A DNA stretch of 64,000 nucleotides from contig NW_027192195.1 in NCBI RefSeq assembly GCF_041956535.1, positions 1,116,652 to 1,180,651 of the forward strand, in the 5' to 3' direction. A program made the position numbers and the translations under genes. Positions 52,801 through 64,000 of the stretch are shown piece by piece (positions within the stretch are counted from its first letter, which is position 1; the number at the start of each line of letters is the position of its first letter). Below the pieces are notes generated by a model, which saw nothing but the letters and a program-made list of their open reading frames with translations, was not told where the DNA came from and searched no databases. This stretch comes from Calcarisporiella thermophila CBS 279.70. Its lineage: Eukaryota > Fungi > Calcarisporiellomycota.

Positions 52801-54495
52801 AAGAAAATGAACTGCGTGTACAGGATAAGGAACTGCGAGCTCGAAAGGACGCGCTGTCTGCACGCAAGCGAGAGATACAGAAGAAGGTCCAGGAATTTGA
52901 GGCACTAAAGCTCCGTCTGGGTAATTACAAAAACTGTTATTCTGAAGTACAAATGGACGCCTGCTTATCGGTCTCTTTTGGATATACCAGAGAGCCTAAA
53001 AACGAATTTACAGCAAGAGGAGAGCAGCCCCGAGAGATATAGGCGAGAGGAGGAAAAGGTTCGGCAAATCATCCATAGGCTGGCGGTCAAGCGTTCCAAA
53101 ATGATTTTGGAGCTGGAGGTATAGAGCCTTGTTTTATCTTATGGTTCTTTACGCTTCACGGTGCTAACCCCATTCTATTACACTGACGCAACCATCAGCA
53201 AATGCTGAAGGATTCAGCTGATCTTTCCCACCGCCGAAATATAGCCGATCTTCATTCGATTCAGCTTGAATCCGACTTGAACGCGCTGGATGCCCTCTTC
53301 CACCGCCATAATTCTGCGCTTCACGATGCGAATCGTCGCTTCCTCGAGGCCAGCAAAGCATTTAGCGAAGCCAAGGCCCACGCCATGAAGTTACTTGAGG
53401 TGGCCAACGCTCAAGTTAAAAATTTGGATGAAGAAACGAAAATAGAATTTCAGCAGATGGGGAACGATATACCGCTGGAAACGCTTGAAGAGATGCTGAT
53501 ATCAGAACGAGCAAAGGCCGAGCTAAACTTGGGGACGGATCCGCGAGTAATCCAGCAATACGAGACGAGAAAGAAGGAGGTATGCAAATAATAAGAGGCT
53601 GCAAAGTGAAAGCAGACACATACAAATATCTGATCTCTTTGTCCGCCGCCCTAGATCGAGAATCGACAGAGAAGCATTGAGAAGAAAGAGTCTACCTGTT
53701 CACACATTCAAGCTGAGCTTGGAAAGTTGCGAGTAAGTACTTTTTGCTTCACACTTCAAAGTCCGGAAAACTGAAGCCAGCGTTTGGATTGTGGTCAAAC
53801 TACTAGAAAGAGTGGGAAGATGGGCTGGATAATTTGGTCAGGCGTATTAGTGAAGGGTTTTCACAGTCATTTGATCGTGAGTCTCGTTTTTCCATTTTCT
53901 TTATCTGCTCTTTTGTCCTTGCTTTGCCTGACGAGTTTTCGAACGATTTCTCTTGCCAGGAATTGGATGCGCAGGCGAAGTTCACCTTAAGAAAGAAGAA
54001 GATTTTGACAAATGGGGCATCGAAATCTTGGTGAAGTTTCGGGACCATGAGCGGCTACAACCCTTGACGGGACAGCGCCAATCCGGCGGGGAGCGCTCGG
54101 TCTCCACCATTCTTTACCTCATGGCATTGCAAGGGTTGACGAAATCTCCGTTCCGTGTTGTGGACGAGATTAATCAGGGTATGGATCCACGCAACGAGAG
54201 GCTGATACATACGCTGATTGTTGAGACAGTATGTCGGCCTGGGACCGCTCAGTAAGTTTCAATACAATATGTGAATGAGGCAAGTTGCTCTCGAGGTATT
54301 ATTTGCTCACTCTCGTCTATGTCATATCATGCTTTCTTTAGATATTTTTTAATCACACCCAAATTGCTTCCTGATCTGACCTACCACGATCGAATGAAAA
54401 TCCTCTGTGTGTATAATGGAGAATGGCAACCGGACAAGCTGCATCTAAAGGATATCGTGGCAAGACAGCTTAGACAGGTTAGAGAGGGGAGATAG
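49827..54495 (+). CDS. SMC5: Structural maintenance of chromosomes protein 5, multi-exon
   Basis: NFVTY, IIGPNGSGKSSIVCAIALGLG, NLCQFLPQDKV.EFA, QSGGERSVST, PFRVVDEINQGMDPRNER, QYFLITPKLL. Confidence 0.96.
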
Positions 54496-54739
54496 AATTC
54501 CGTGTATGGGTATATCTTGAAAATTGTTGCCTATTTCCATTTTATCCGTGTATTCATAAATTCAATTCAATTCTACACATATAATAATATACATCTTGTC
54601 TTCATTTTTGTTCACTACCGCAGAGAAATGCTGCCCGATTGAGAAGATAGGAAATGTTTGCAAACTGACCACTCACGGGGATGAACTATGTCGAAACAAT
54701 AGCCCCCCCGGGGCTCCTCCGATATCTAGAGAGTGAAAG

Positions 54740-54793
54740 GTCGCCACCTAAAACCGTGGTAATTAAGTAATTACCATGGTTTTAGGTGGCGAC
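54740..54793. repeat. Near-perfect inverted repeat (26-bp arms, 2-bp spacer)
   Basis: GTCGCCACCTAAAACCGTGGTAATTA-AG-TAATTACCATGGTTTTAGGTGGCGAC, one mismatch. Confidence 0.9.
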
Positions 54794-55180
54794 TAGATAG
54801 GTTAGGCGGCTAGATATAGGGAGATCCTATATCTAGTTCCATTTTTTTGATTCGGTTCTCTAAAACAGAATTTTTAGATAAAATTCCAAGAAATCCACTT
54901 CATTAGTCATTGATTTGTAAAAGAGAGGTTAATACGAATGAACCATATATGGATTAAATGAGACGTTTCGATTTTAGTAATGGGCTGAATAATGTTCGGT
55001 CAAAATGTGTGCGAAAATAATTTGCTAGTGAACTTTGTTGAGGGATGGATGAATCTCTGAGGTCGAAACTGTCGAAACTCTTGAAAATTTCTCCATGATT
55101 CCGCTCACGTGGAAAGCGCCGATACATATAAATAAGCGATCACTTTTCCCGCATCCATCGAGTTACAACTCAAACTCCAA

Positions 55181-55964
55181 ATGGCATCAGACCAGCTTAC
55201 CTTTTACTCGTATAGATTGTGCCCATATGCGCAGCGTGTAGCAATCACGCTTCGCGAGCTTAATATTGAGCCCGACCAGAGAGTGGAGATCGATATTGAT
55301 AATAAACCAGATTGGTAAAACATGCGAAACTAATGCGATTTCGATGACACGGATTGATCTATTGTGAGTAGGTATGCGCAAATAAACCCCAACGGAAAGG
55401 TTCCTGCTTTTAGGGTAGGGAAAGAAGTGCTCGTCGAATCTCTTATCATAGTAGACTACTTGATTGAGAAATATGGGGCTGGCACAGGGTACGCGTGTTT
55501 TAATGTTGCCAACCCACTCAATTTTCAGAGATGACTCATGCCTCGTTAATATTTGATGTAGCCTCCTCGGCGAAGATCCTCTTGACCGTGCACAGTCTCG
55601 CATCTTCATCAATGCCTTGGAATCCATACTGCCTCACTACAAGCAGGCATTATTATCTGGGCCAGAGCACTATGCTGAATTGCTCAAAGGATTGCGAACA
55701 ATCAACCAGCTTCTCACAAAACAGTCAGAGGGTCCATATTTCCTTGGGAAAACCTTCTCCTGCGCCGACATTTGTGTTACCCCCTTTTTGAGTCTGATCA
55801 GTATGCTGCCAGAGTTTGGATTTGAGATTCCCAACGACAATGACTATGCTCGCTTGAATGAGTACATAAAAGTACTTTTAACTCGCCCCAGCGTCAGGGA
55901 GGTTTTACCTGGGAAGGATGAGGCGATCAAGCGGGTCAAAGAGGCAAAGAATAAGCGTCCATGA
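55181..55964 (+). CDS. Glutathione S-transferase (omega-like, CPYA), 3 exons
   Basis: LCPYAQRV, NKPDW, NPNGKVP, ESLIIVDYL, GPYFLG..FS.ADI..PF. Confidence 0.9.
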
Positions 55965-56949
55965 TCCTAACTTCTGCAAAAGAAAGAATTATTGCAAGAT
56001 CCGGAATATGTAGCAAATTGCTATTGCTATTGATATTCATATGCAGTGAAGAGAATCTTGAAATTTATTTTCAATTTAAACTCAAACAGTTGCATCTTTT
56101 AGATTAAAATATCAAACATATTATACAAGGAAAATTTAATGACACTGCTTAAAAATCAAAGGAGCCGAGCAAAAAAAAAAAAAATGATGATAAGTCTTCA
56201 AGCTTGAATAGGTTGGTTAGGTAATTTTTACCTCTTCAAAATCAAGGACTATCTCTTTACTATCATCGAATCAGACTAGAGTTCTTTTTTCTCATCTTTG
56301 TTTGAATCCTATTTTGCCCTTTTTCCTTTGGACATGAAAATAGTGCTTTTTTATCGCGAGGAGCAAATCAAAGAGCTGCGTTTGAAAGCAATATCTTCGT
56401 GCTCCTGACCAATATAAGATTGCAGTAATAACGGTGTGTGTGCAATTATTCTATGTAGATAAATACTGCTATAGAGAGGCCTAAATTGTTATGAACCATA
56501 GCGAGCTTATCTACAATGAGAATCGACAGGCGAAAGGATAATCTAACCTGTTTAAATAAACTAACCTTTACATAGAGGGAATCTTTAATTTGAAGGTTTC
56601 ATTATACAATATTTAATTCTTGGTAAATGTTGCGCGACTTGTGAAAGGTTACTGCTATTATACCATATTTTTACTTAATTTTCATGCTTATTTAAAATGA
56701 GGATAATCATTTTATTCAAAAAAAAAATCAAGAATGCAATTTTCATTTGGGGGCATACTGCCGTGCTACCACCACATTTCCAATATTCTATATAACATGT
56801 TTGGGGGCTCAACTGGGAAAACGCACAAGGATATTCATCTTACCACACGAATACAACACTCAAAAACAATTTTGAAAAAGTCTGCTAGTAGATAGGAAAT
56901 TCTGGAATAAATGCGCCTAATTATGCCGATCCCTTGATATGCTCTGCTG

Positions 56950-57255
56950 TTGGAGAACTCGGTAGGTTGGTTACGCAGTCTCGAGATAGCTGTAAAGGCC
57001 AACAACTGGAGTATCAAAGCAACATGGAGGGTCGTGGATTCCTTCTGCTTGAGTGATTCAGCCACGTGGTATCAACGCCATAGAGTTGAGTCGAATATAC
57101 TAAGTCTGATACCAGGGAGATGTTCAGGAGAGCTCTCCTTAAGCGGTACAAAACGGAGGTCAGGGAGGAAGCGAGGAGAACGGCATTGAAGACCCGACGG
57201 CAACACCTGAGTGAGCCAGTGGAGCAGGTAGCATCAGAGATACAATCTCGCTACT
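56950..57255 (+). mobile_element. Degenerate Ty3/gypsy-type Gag relic
   Basis: Frameshifted translation WLRSLEIAVKANNW...ATWY...FRRALLKRY...LKTRRQHLSEPVEQ fits the retrotransposon gag pattern. Confidence 0.6.
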
Positions 57256-57909
57256 AGCAATCATATTTAGTTTTCTTGGATCCGGATGTTGTATTTGGCC
57301 GCAGGGTGAGGATACTATTGTGTTTTCCTAATTGAGCCCTCAAAAATGCTACATGAATATTGAGAAGTGGGAAGAAAACGCTCATGTATTCACAAAAACT
57401 AAGAAAGAGTTTTATACTCCAGGTTTTTTTTGTAGTTCTCAGCACTCGGGCTTATATAGCAAAAAGATATCGATTAAAATCGAAGTAACGGGTGCAGAAA
57501 TAGGATCGACGCATGATTAATGAAAATCAAGGAGGATTGTCGCATAAAAAATAAAACAGCAATTAGGAACTGATGCATAATAAACAGATGCATAGCATAG
57601 ATAGCAACTGATCTCTTGTCAATCGATTAGATGGCTTCTCTCTAGCTATTGAGCCCTTGTTAAGTTCACCGCGGCTAAAAACAAAATTGTGTGTAATTTA
57701 AAATTTGTGATGAAAACGGAAAATTCAATTCCGGAGACTAAAATTAGTTTCTCTTGTTGTTCTGAACAAATTGCTGGAAAAGCTACCTTAAGATTAAGAA
57801 GAAGTATATATGGAAGAGTTTTATCGACGCATTTTACTGCATTTCGGAGAAGTTGTAAAGAAGTAGCTTAAAGCTCGATTCCTAGAGTATGTCCCGGTCA
57901 CATCTCTAG

Positions 57910-57934
57910 TGCCGTCACCGGGAATCGAACCCAG
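57910..57934 (-). other. Isolated tRNA 3' fragment (T-arm plus acceptor 3' strand, His-like)
   Basis: CTGGG-TTCGATT-CCCGG-TGACGGC-A with no matching 5' half upstream. Confidence 0.5.
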
Positions 57935-57967
57935 CACACAATAGTTAAGAATTCCTCATAGGCTTAG

Positions 57968-58314
57968 TTTTTTTTTTTTTTTTTTGTATAAATCAATGAA
58001 AACTATATATTTAATTTCCATATATTACATGAAGTTAATGTCAATGGACTCAACATAACAAGATATAGGTCCTTGGTAGATAGGCGTTCAATCGATATGC
58101 GTGTATCGTAGTTGTCGTGAATAGCATGTACGTGAAACCGATGTAATCTTTGTACTTATCGTAGGAGGGATCCTTTCAATAATGTAGACTCAATTTCTGA
58201 TCAAGTGGACAGCAGTCACAAACTAAGAGTAAGTGCTGGTGGGGGAAGTGGGATTCGAACCCACGCCGTTCTCGTCGGCATACCAGGGATAGTCCACTAC
58301 ACTAACCCTCCCCC
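57968..58314 (-). mobile_element. tRNA-derived SINE, full-length copy 3
   Basis: Highly similar to copy 1 over its whole length, same GGGGGAGGGTTAGT 5' end, A18 tail (T-run 57968-57985). Confidence 0.88.
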
Positions 58315-58399
58315 ACAAAAGCTAAGCCTCCATTCTCTACTACTGCGCCATAAATCCATATTGTACCAAATTTCCTCACAACGGAAAATCAAATAAGAA

Positions 58400-58471
58400 T
58401 CTTCGGTAGTATAGTGGTTAGTATTCCCGCCTGTCACGCGGGCGACCCGGGTTCAATTCCCGGCCGGAGAG
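58400..58471 (+). tRNA. tRNA-Asp(GTC)
   Basis: TCTTCGG/CCGGAGA acceptor stem, G73, CCCGC-CTGTCAC-GCGGG anticodon arm, T5 terminator. Confidence 0.95.
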
Positions 58472-59246
58472 ATCAAAATTTTTGTCCCCAATATACCTGA
58501 CTGATACAATTTAACCACATTTTCTAATAGAATGTTTAATGAATGTTGAGAAGAAGTTGAAATGAAACAATTTTTCCATTAGGAATGCCCGAACGTTTTA
58601 AAGATATTTTCAAATATTTCAATATGTAGCCATTGATGTTATGTATATTCGCGTTATGTTTTTCACGTAGAAAAGAAAAACCAGGATATGCGGAACATAG
58701 AGTTTAGATAGAAAATATGTGTTTGAAAATTTTCCTTTGTTGTAGCTAATGATTCCAAAATACCTTCTCAATTCATCCTTCTACCTAAAACGCAGGCTTA
58801 TACAAGCTCCTACAAATAACAGGCGCCCCATATAAGTTTACTGATATCCTGACGATACTGGTGAAGCTTTAATATGATTTAGGACTCCTGGAGTACAATC
58901 AACAAGCACCTGGTGCATTGACGGATATTTAACCTTACTTCAGTTTCTACCTGTTTTTTAATAATTAACCATCTATCTGAAATAATATCAAAAGATATTT
59001 AGGTATATCAATGACTGCAGAATTTGTCTTATTTCTATGCAATATGAAGATTTCAAAATAAATTGTAGATGTAACAATTCATAATATTTTCATTTGGTTT
59101 GCCCTTTTTCAGAGCCATCCTATCATTACTACATCTTGAAACGAATGCAGTATATTCATAATCTCCAAACAAGGGAAAATAAATAAGTGATAAAACATTA
59201 AGATACTAACTACTTATAAAAAAATCCACCTAGTAATTCACCTATA

Positions 59247-59853
59247 TTAACCATTAGAGGGTAGAACATTGCTCTTAAGAACGGCCTGCGAAACAGCCCT
59301 TGGAGCTATACAAGGCAAATTATTCAGCTCTCATTAGAAATTCGAGTAGGAAGCATTCTAAGAATTGAGATTTACCTGCTGGGTTGAACACACAGACATC
59401 CATGTAAGGATAATCGGGCATTACTGCCGAACAATCAGCGCTTGAACATCCAACGTATCTCGTTGATTTCCACAAAAGATTTACAAACGTAGCTGTATTT
59501 GAATTTATTGCAGGCGACAAATAATTGTAATTTGATACCCCCCTATTATACCACTCACTAACGATATAATCCCATGGTTTGTTCTGATTTGCGTTGAAAA
59601 AACTGATACGAATATACGGATCACTAGTCGGTGTGTCGAATTGATTGGGTATCACAGGGTCAAAGGTACACTGAACTGCAATATATGTAGCAAGATCATA
59701 GAGAATATCGCTATACATCAGAGAAGGAGCCGAGTGTTTTGAGCGGTAATAGTTAATAGCGCTGAGGTAGGCGGATTGTCGTTTCTCAAGAGGAGCCGTC
59801 CAGGCAAGTCCAATTAGACTAAACAAGGAAAAAAGTTGCAACAGTTTGTACAT
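59247..59853 (-). CDS. Secreted CAP/SCP/PR-1 domain protein, paralog 1 (2 exons)
   Basis: Signal peptide plus LEKR; N.YRSKH..P.L.YS, EWYN, LWKST.YVGC, C.FNPA, NVLP. Confidence 0.85.
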
Positions 59854-60699
59854 AACGATTCCGATCTGACTAATGTTATGCCAAAAAAAAACAGTGCCTT
59901 CCTATCTCTGCTGAAGCGCGGAGGAGTGCTTTATACCTCTCCATCTTTACAATAAACTCCACATTGTGACCTCCTTTTTAACCAAGTGGCAGTGCGCAAA
60001 CTTCCTGCGTGGCTCTCTCCTGAGAAATATGCGTATATTTGCATAAAACAATATAAATTTTGAATCAATTCAGAATCGACGTTGGTGTTAATTATAAAAT
60101 TATTTATCATTTCCTTCAATTTCATCTACAAGTAGCAGCTTGAAGTCAAACTTTGGATTTTTCGAAATATAGCTGAATTATTAAAATGGTTACCACAATG
60201 TAAAAGGCCAAGATGGACTATAAACTGATTAGTGGTTTAGAGTTTTGCATTAATTGAAAAATGATTCACGCTTGACCTCGGTATTTGCTTTATTTTCAAC
60301 CGGAAAAACTTTAGGACTAAACCGTAAGTACAGAAGCAACTCGATTCTATATACTGGTTAGATGTGTCTTGCTCTGTGACAAATATGAGAGAACACTTGG
60401 ACAATTGATAGGGTGGAAAAGAGTAAAATAACTAAATCTCACTAGTTGGCTTCTAACATTTTGATCTAACCAAAAAAATCTATTCGAGGCTGTGGCGGCA
60501 ACTCTCTCTTTGAAATTCAAAGCAATCCAAATGCTAACAAAGAGTGCATCGTACGTGAATGGTAAACTTTACACAAGACACCGCCACAAACCCTCTCCTA
60601 TAATGGGAAAAGCGTCCACTGCAACAAATTAGAGAAAATACTACTATGCTACAAATATGCCTCAAATAGCCCAGTTTTTTTTAAATGAGCAGTTTCTTT

Positions 60700-61000
60700 T
60701 ACTAAAACTATTGACGCTAAAATAGCTTCCTAGAGCACTCTTCTACCAGGAGCACAACTAATTCATAAACTCTTGCAATTGACAGACGTCACTTATAATC
60801 ACTGCTACGCCATACTCGAACCGAGTCTAAACTCTCTGAAACCCTTAGAAAATATCTTACTCCGCAAGATAGAGACATAGATGGCAAAAAAATAATCCTA
60901 TTATGGAGAAGAGCTATTCTCGTATGTAATTAAAGACTTTTGGTCAAATGCAAGTAGAATTCTCAAAAGAGTTCAAAAAGCATTAATAATATAAATACGC
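60700..61000 (+). mobile_element. Possible LINE ORF2 C-terminal (zf-RVT-like) relic
   Basis: Broken translation LPGAQLIHKL...NHC...PLENILL...LLWRR; A-rich sense strand; weak. Confidence 0.25.
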
Positions 61001-61750
61001 CCAGAAACCCAACCCATCCCTCCATGAAGTTACACCGGATAATATGAATACAGATTGAGAAGCCAGAAAAAGCACAATATCCCAGCAAAATACTCAGGAA
61101 CTCCCAAGCTAATACACCAAATTTCAAACTTCAATAATCCGATTTTCCGTAAAACCACCCCACAAATCCACAGTGTCAGCCAAAAGAAGCCCAGAAATCA
61201 TAATGGTGAATATTCAAGCGATACTAGCCACTCAGAAAAACACAAAATTAGACTTAGCCCCACTAAACCGCCTACTCGAAATGCCTAGCATGTATTTAAA
61301 TTCATGGCCAATCATCAGGTAATTTACATAATCCTTCATGTATGAAGTGATATGATGGCCTTAGTCTGCCTAGTGAGTTATCACAGGGGAAAAAATTCCA
61401 GTTTTTATCTAACTAATCTTAAAGATATATGCCAGTTGGAAATTTCATAGTATTTTTTTTAATGACCGACCCATCATTCGAAAGAATATCACTAAATACT
61501 TGGAAATATCAATGATTGCAAAATTTGGTCTATGATTGTGCAATTATGAAAGCTCTATAATAAAAGGTAACCGTAAATAATAACTTGTAATGTTTCCATT
61601 TAGATTGTCTTTTTCTGTGCTATTCTAACATTACTATACCATGAAACAAATGTAGTATATTCAAAATCCCCAGAAAACAGAAAATAAATAAATGATAAAA
61701 CATTGATAAAGATATCAATTACACATAAGATATTCACTAAAGTAAATTCA

Positions 61751-62348
61751 TTAATTGTTAGAGGGTAGAACATTGCTATTAAGAACAGCCGGTGTCGCGT
61801 CTTTTTCAGCTATAAATTATTCAGTTGTCATTTAGTAACTCGAATAGTAATCACACTAATATTCGAAATTTACCTGATGGGTTAAACACACAGACACCCA
61901 TAAACGGATAATCGGGTGTTATCGCCGTACAATCAGCAGTTGAACACCCAACATATTGTGTTGATTTCCACACAAGATTTATAAACGTACTCGTGTTTGC
62001 ATTAATTACAGGCGACAGATAATTGTAGCTTGATTTCCCACTATTGTACCAGGTACTAATGATGTAATCCCATGGTTGGTTTATATTAGAGTGATAAAAG
62101 TTGATACTAGCATTTCCACTAGACGGAAGAGTGAATTGGTTGGTTAATACAGGATCAAAATTACATTGAACTGCAGCATTTAGAGCAATCTCGTAGAGTT
62201 CGTTGCTGTACTTCAAGGAAGGGACGGAATGTTTTGAGCGGTAGTTGTTAATATAATCGAGGTAGTCGGATTGTCGTTTCTCAAGAGGCGCCGCCCAAAC
62301 AAGTCCAATTAAACTAAACAAAGAAAAAAGTTGCAGTAGGTTGAACAT
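61751..62348 (-). CDS. Secreted CAP/SCP/PR-1 domain protein, paralog 2 (2 exons)
   Basis: Close paralog of 59247-59853 with the same intron position. Confidence 0.85.
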
Positions 62349-63129
62349 AGCTTTACAGATATAACTAATGTTGTGTAAAAAAATAAACTATGCCTCTTCC
62401 ACTCCTGCTGAAGAAGAGAGGAGGATTTTATACTTCTCGGGCTTCACATTAAACTTCTCGCTGTAACCTCCTTTTTGACCGAGTGGCATTGCGCAAACTT
62501 CCTGCGTAGTGCTCCCCTTAAAAAATAAGTATATTTACATAAAAAAGAAGAATATTGAGCCAATTCAGAATCGAGGTTGTCAAATAATAACCAAAATATA
62601 GTTCTTGTCCATCAAGACACATCTCGACAAAACATATAAATGGCAATACCTAGGATTTTTCGAAATATAATCTGGTTACCATCTTGGACGCCACAAAATA
62701 AAAGGCTATTTTGGTCTATCAATCGCCGTTTTAGAGTTATGCATTTATTAAAAAATGAATCACACTCGTCTTCGGTGTTTGCTCGATTTCAACCACAATA
62801 TTTTTGCTGAGCTAAGCTGTAAGTAGAACAGAGCAACAAAAAATCTATATGTTAGTTAGAAATTATTCTAAGAAATATGCAAGACAATTCCTGGACAAAT
62901 GATAGTATAGAAAGGGGTAACGTTAATAAGTCTCATGAGGGGGCTTTTGTTCTATTCATAAAAGCCATCAGGAGGCTTGGCAGCAACTTTCTTTGTTTAG
63001 GATTCCAAAACAATTAATATGTCACGGATTACAACAAAAGTGCCACGAATCTAAACTCCACCAGATTCCGCTACGAACTCTCTTATAATAGATAATGTTA
63101 CCACCACAACAAAAAAAGTATTCTGTTTG

Positions 63130-63930
63130 TGCGCATATACTACCCCCAAAATATTCTCTTATTTGTTAGGCATCCACCCACGTTTGGCACATGTGAAGGT
63201 GGTTGCGAAGATGGACATCTCGTATCCGAATGGAGCGTACATGCTCAAGAGATTATGCTTCAGAATGCTTGCCCACAGAGGTGTTTTTGGGTCTTGGTTA
63301 GGCCTTTTTAGTACCTCTGCGAACTTTGGTATCCATGAGGCAAGTAGGGCTGTTGTTTGGTGGCGAGGGAGAATGAGTCCAAGACCACCTTCTTCTCGGG
63401 ATTTTGCTAGCAATTTGAGACTGATTTGCGGGCTACGTCCGTCCCATAAGAACTGCCGTATTATTTCGTCCAGCTCTTTGAAGAAGTATTCAGGTGGGCG
63501 TATAATTGTGGCAACGTACCATATTCGGGACAGTAGCCGAGAGTTGATCAGGTATACTTTACCGAGGAGTGAGAGTTTCCGAATCCTCCATGATTGGATC
63601 GTTTGTCTCAGCTTTGATAATTGACATGTGTAATAAGCCTCACTTGGGTGGTCTGGCATTTGTGTGGGCTTATCTGCTGTCGGAAGATAAATTGGAATGC
63701 CGAGGCAGGTAACTATCCCCCCTGCTGGAATGTATTCACATCTGGGGTTTATCGAGGCGCGAGCACTTAGCGTGAGAGCGACCGCTTCCGTTTTGTTAAT
63801 GTTGACTTTTGCGTCCGCAGCTCTCGAGTATATGTCGAGGATTTGAAACAGGTGGTCAGCATCTTGTTGGTCTACAACTCCTACGGTCAAATCGTCTGCG
63901 TAGGCGAGAGACTTCGCGAATACCAATGTG
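63130..63930 (-). mobile_element. Non-LTR retrotransposon (L1/Tx1-like) reverse transcriptase fragment, truncated at both ends
   Basis: LAYADDL, YSRAADAKVNINKT, CLGIP, W....LSLLGKVYLINS.LLSRIWY, QFLWDG, REEGGLGL. Confidence 0.9.
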
Positions 63931-64000
63931 ACTGCTTATGAGAATTTTACGTAACAAATGTTAATTTCCTCTTAAATTCGTTGTTACGTGGGCTTTGAGG

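Noticed and set aside
57910-57934. tRNA-complementary stretch as the primer-binding site of the gag relic
   Set aside because: It lies downstream of gag, lacks the TGG start and has no adjacent LTR.
58237-58314. Element head as a functional tRNA gene
   Set aside because: No proper anticodon stem-loop and no oligo-T terminator after the acceptor; it continues into a shared ~260-bp body.

Overview
Eukaryotic, intron-rich DNA: short GT-AG introns with CTAAC-type branch points and gene content resembling an early-diverging fungus. About 24 protein-coding loci are supported: an M49/DPP III-like peptidase, ERMP1-like M28 peptidase, VRG4, an NT-C2 protein, an RBR E3 ligase, a small bacterial-like ORF, LTO1, a TBC1D13-like GAP, PEX11, NAS6, a bromodomain+GATA protein, RRP9, RNR2, an integrase-H2C2 protein, TVP18, BEM1, an amidase, a C2H2 factor, an Rcf2-like protein, a GT2 enzyme, SMC5, a GST and two CAP paralogs. 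There is also an MFS pseudogene and two tRNA genes, Ala(CGC) and Asp(GTC). The main unexplained signal is a ~340-bp non-coding retroelement (SINE) present in three copies. Its head folds as an anticodon-less, tRNA-Leu-like cloverleaf with an encoded CCA, and it ends in poly(A). Copy 1 has a 16-bp target-site duplication. Both full-length copies sit head-to-head 80 and 85 bp upstream of the window's two tRNA genes, stacked with LINE and gypsy relics. This suggests a tRNA-gene-targeted SINE/LINE system; an L1/Tx1-like RT fragment at the right edge is a candidate partner. CDS coordinates span introns and were derived by eye.
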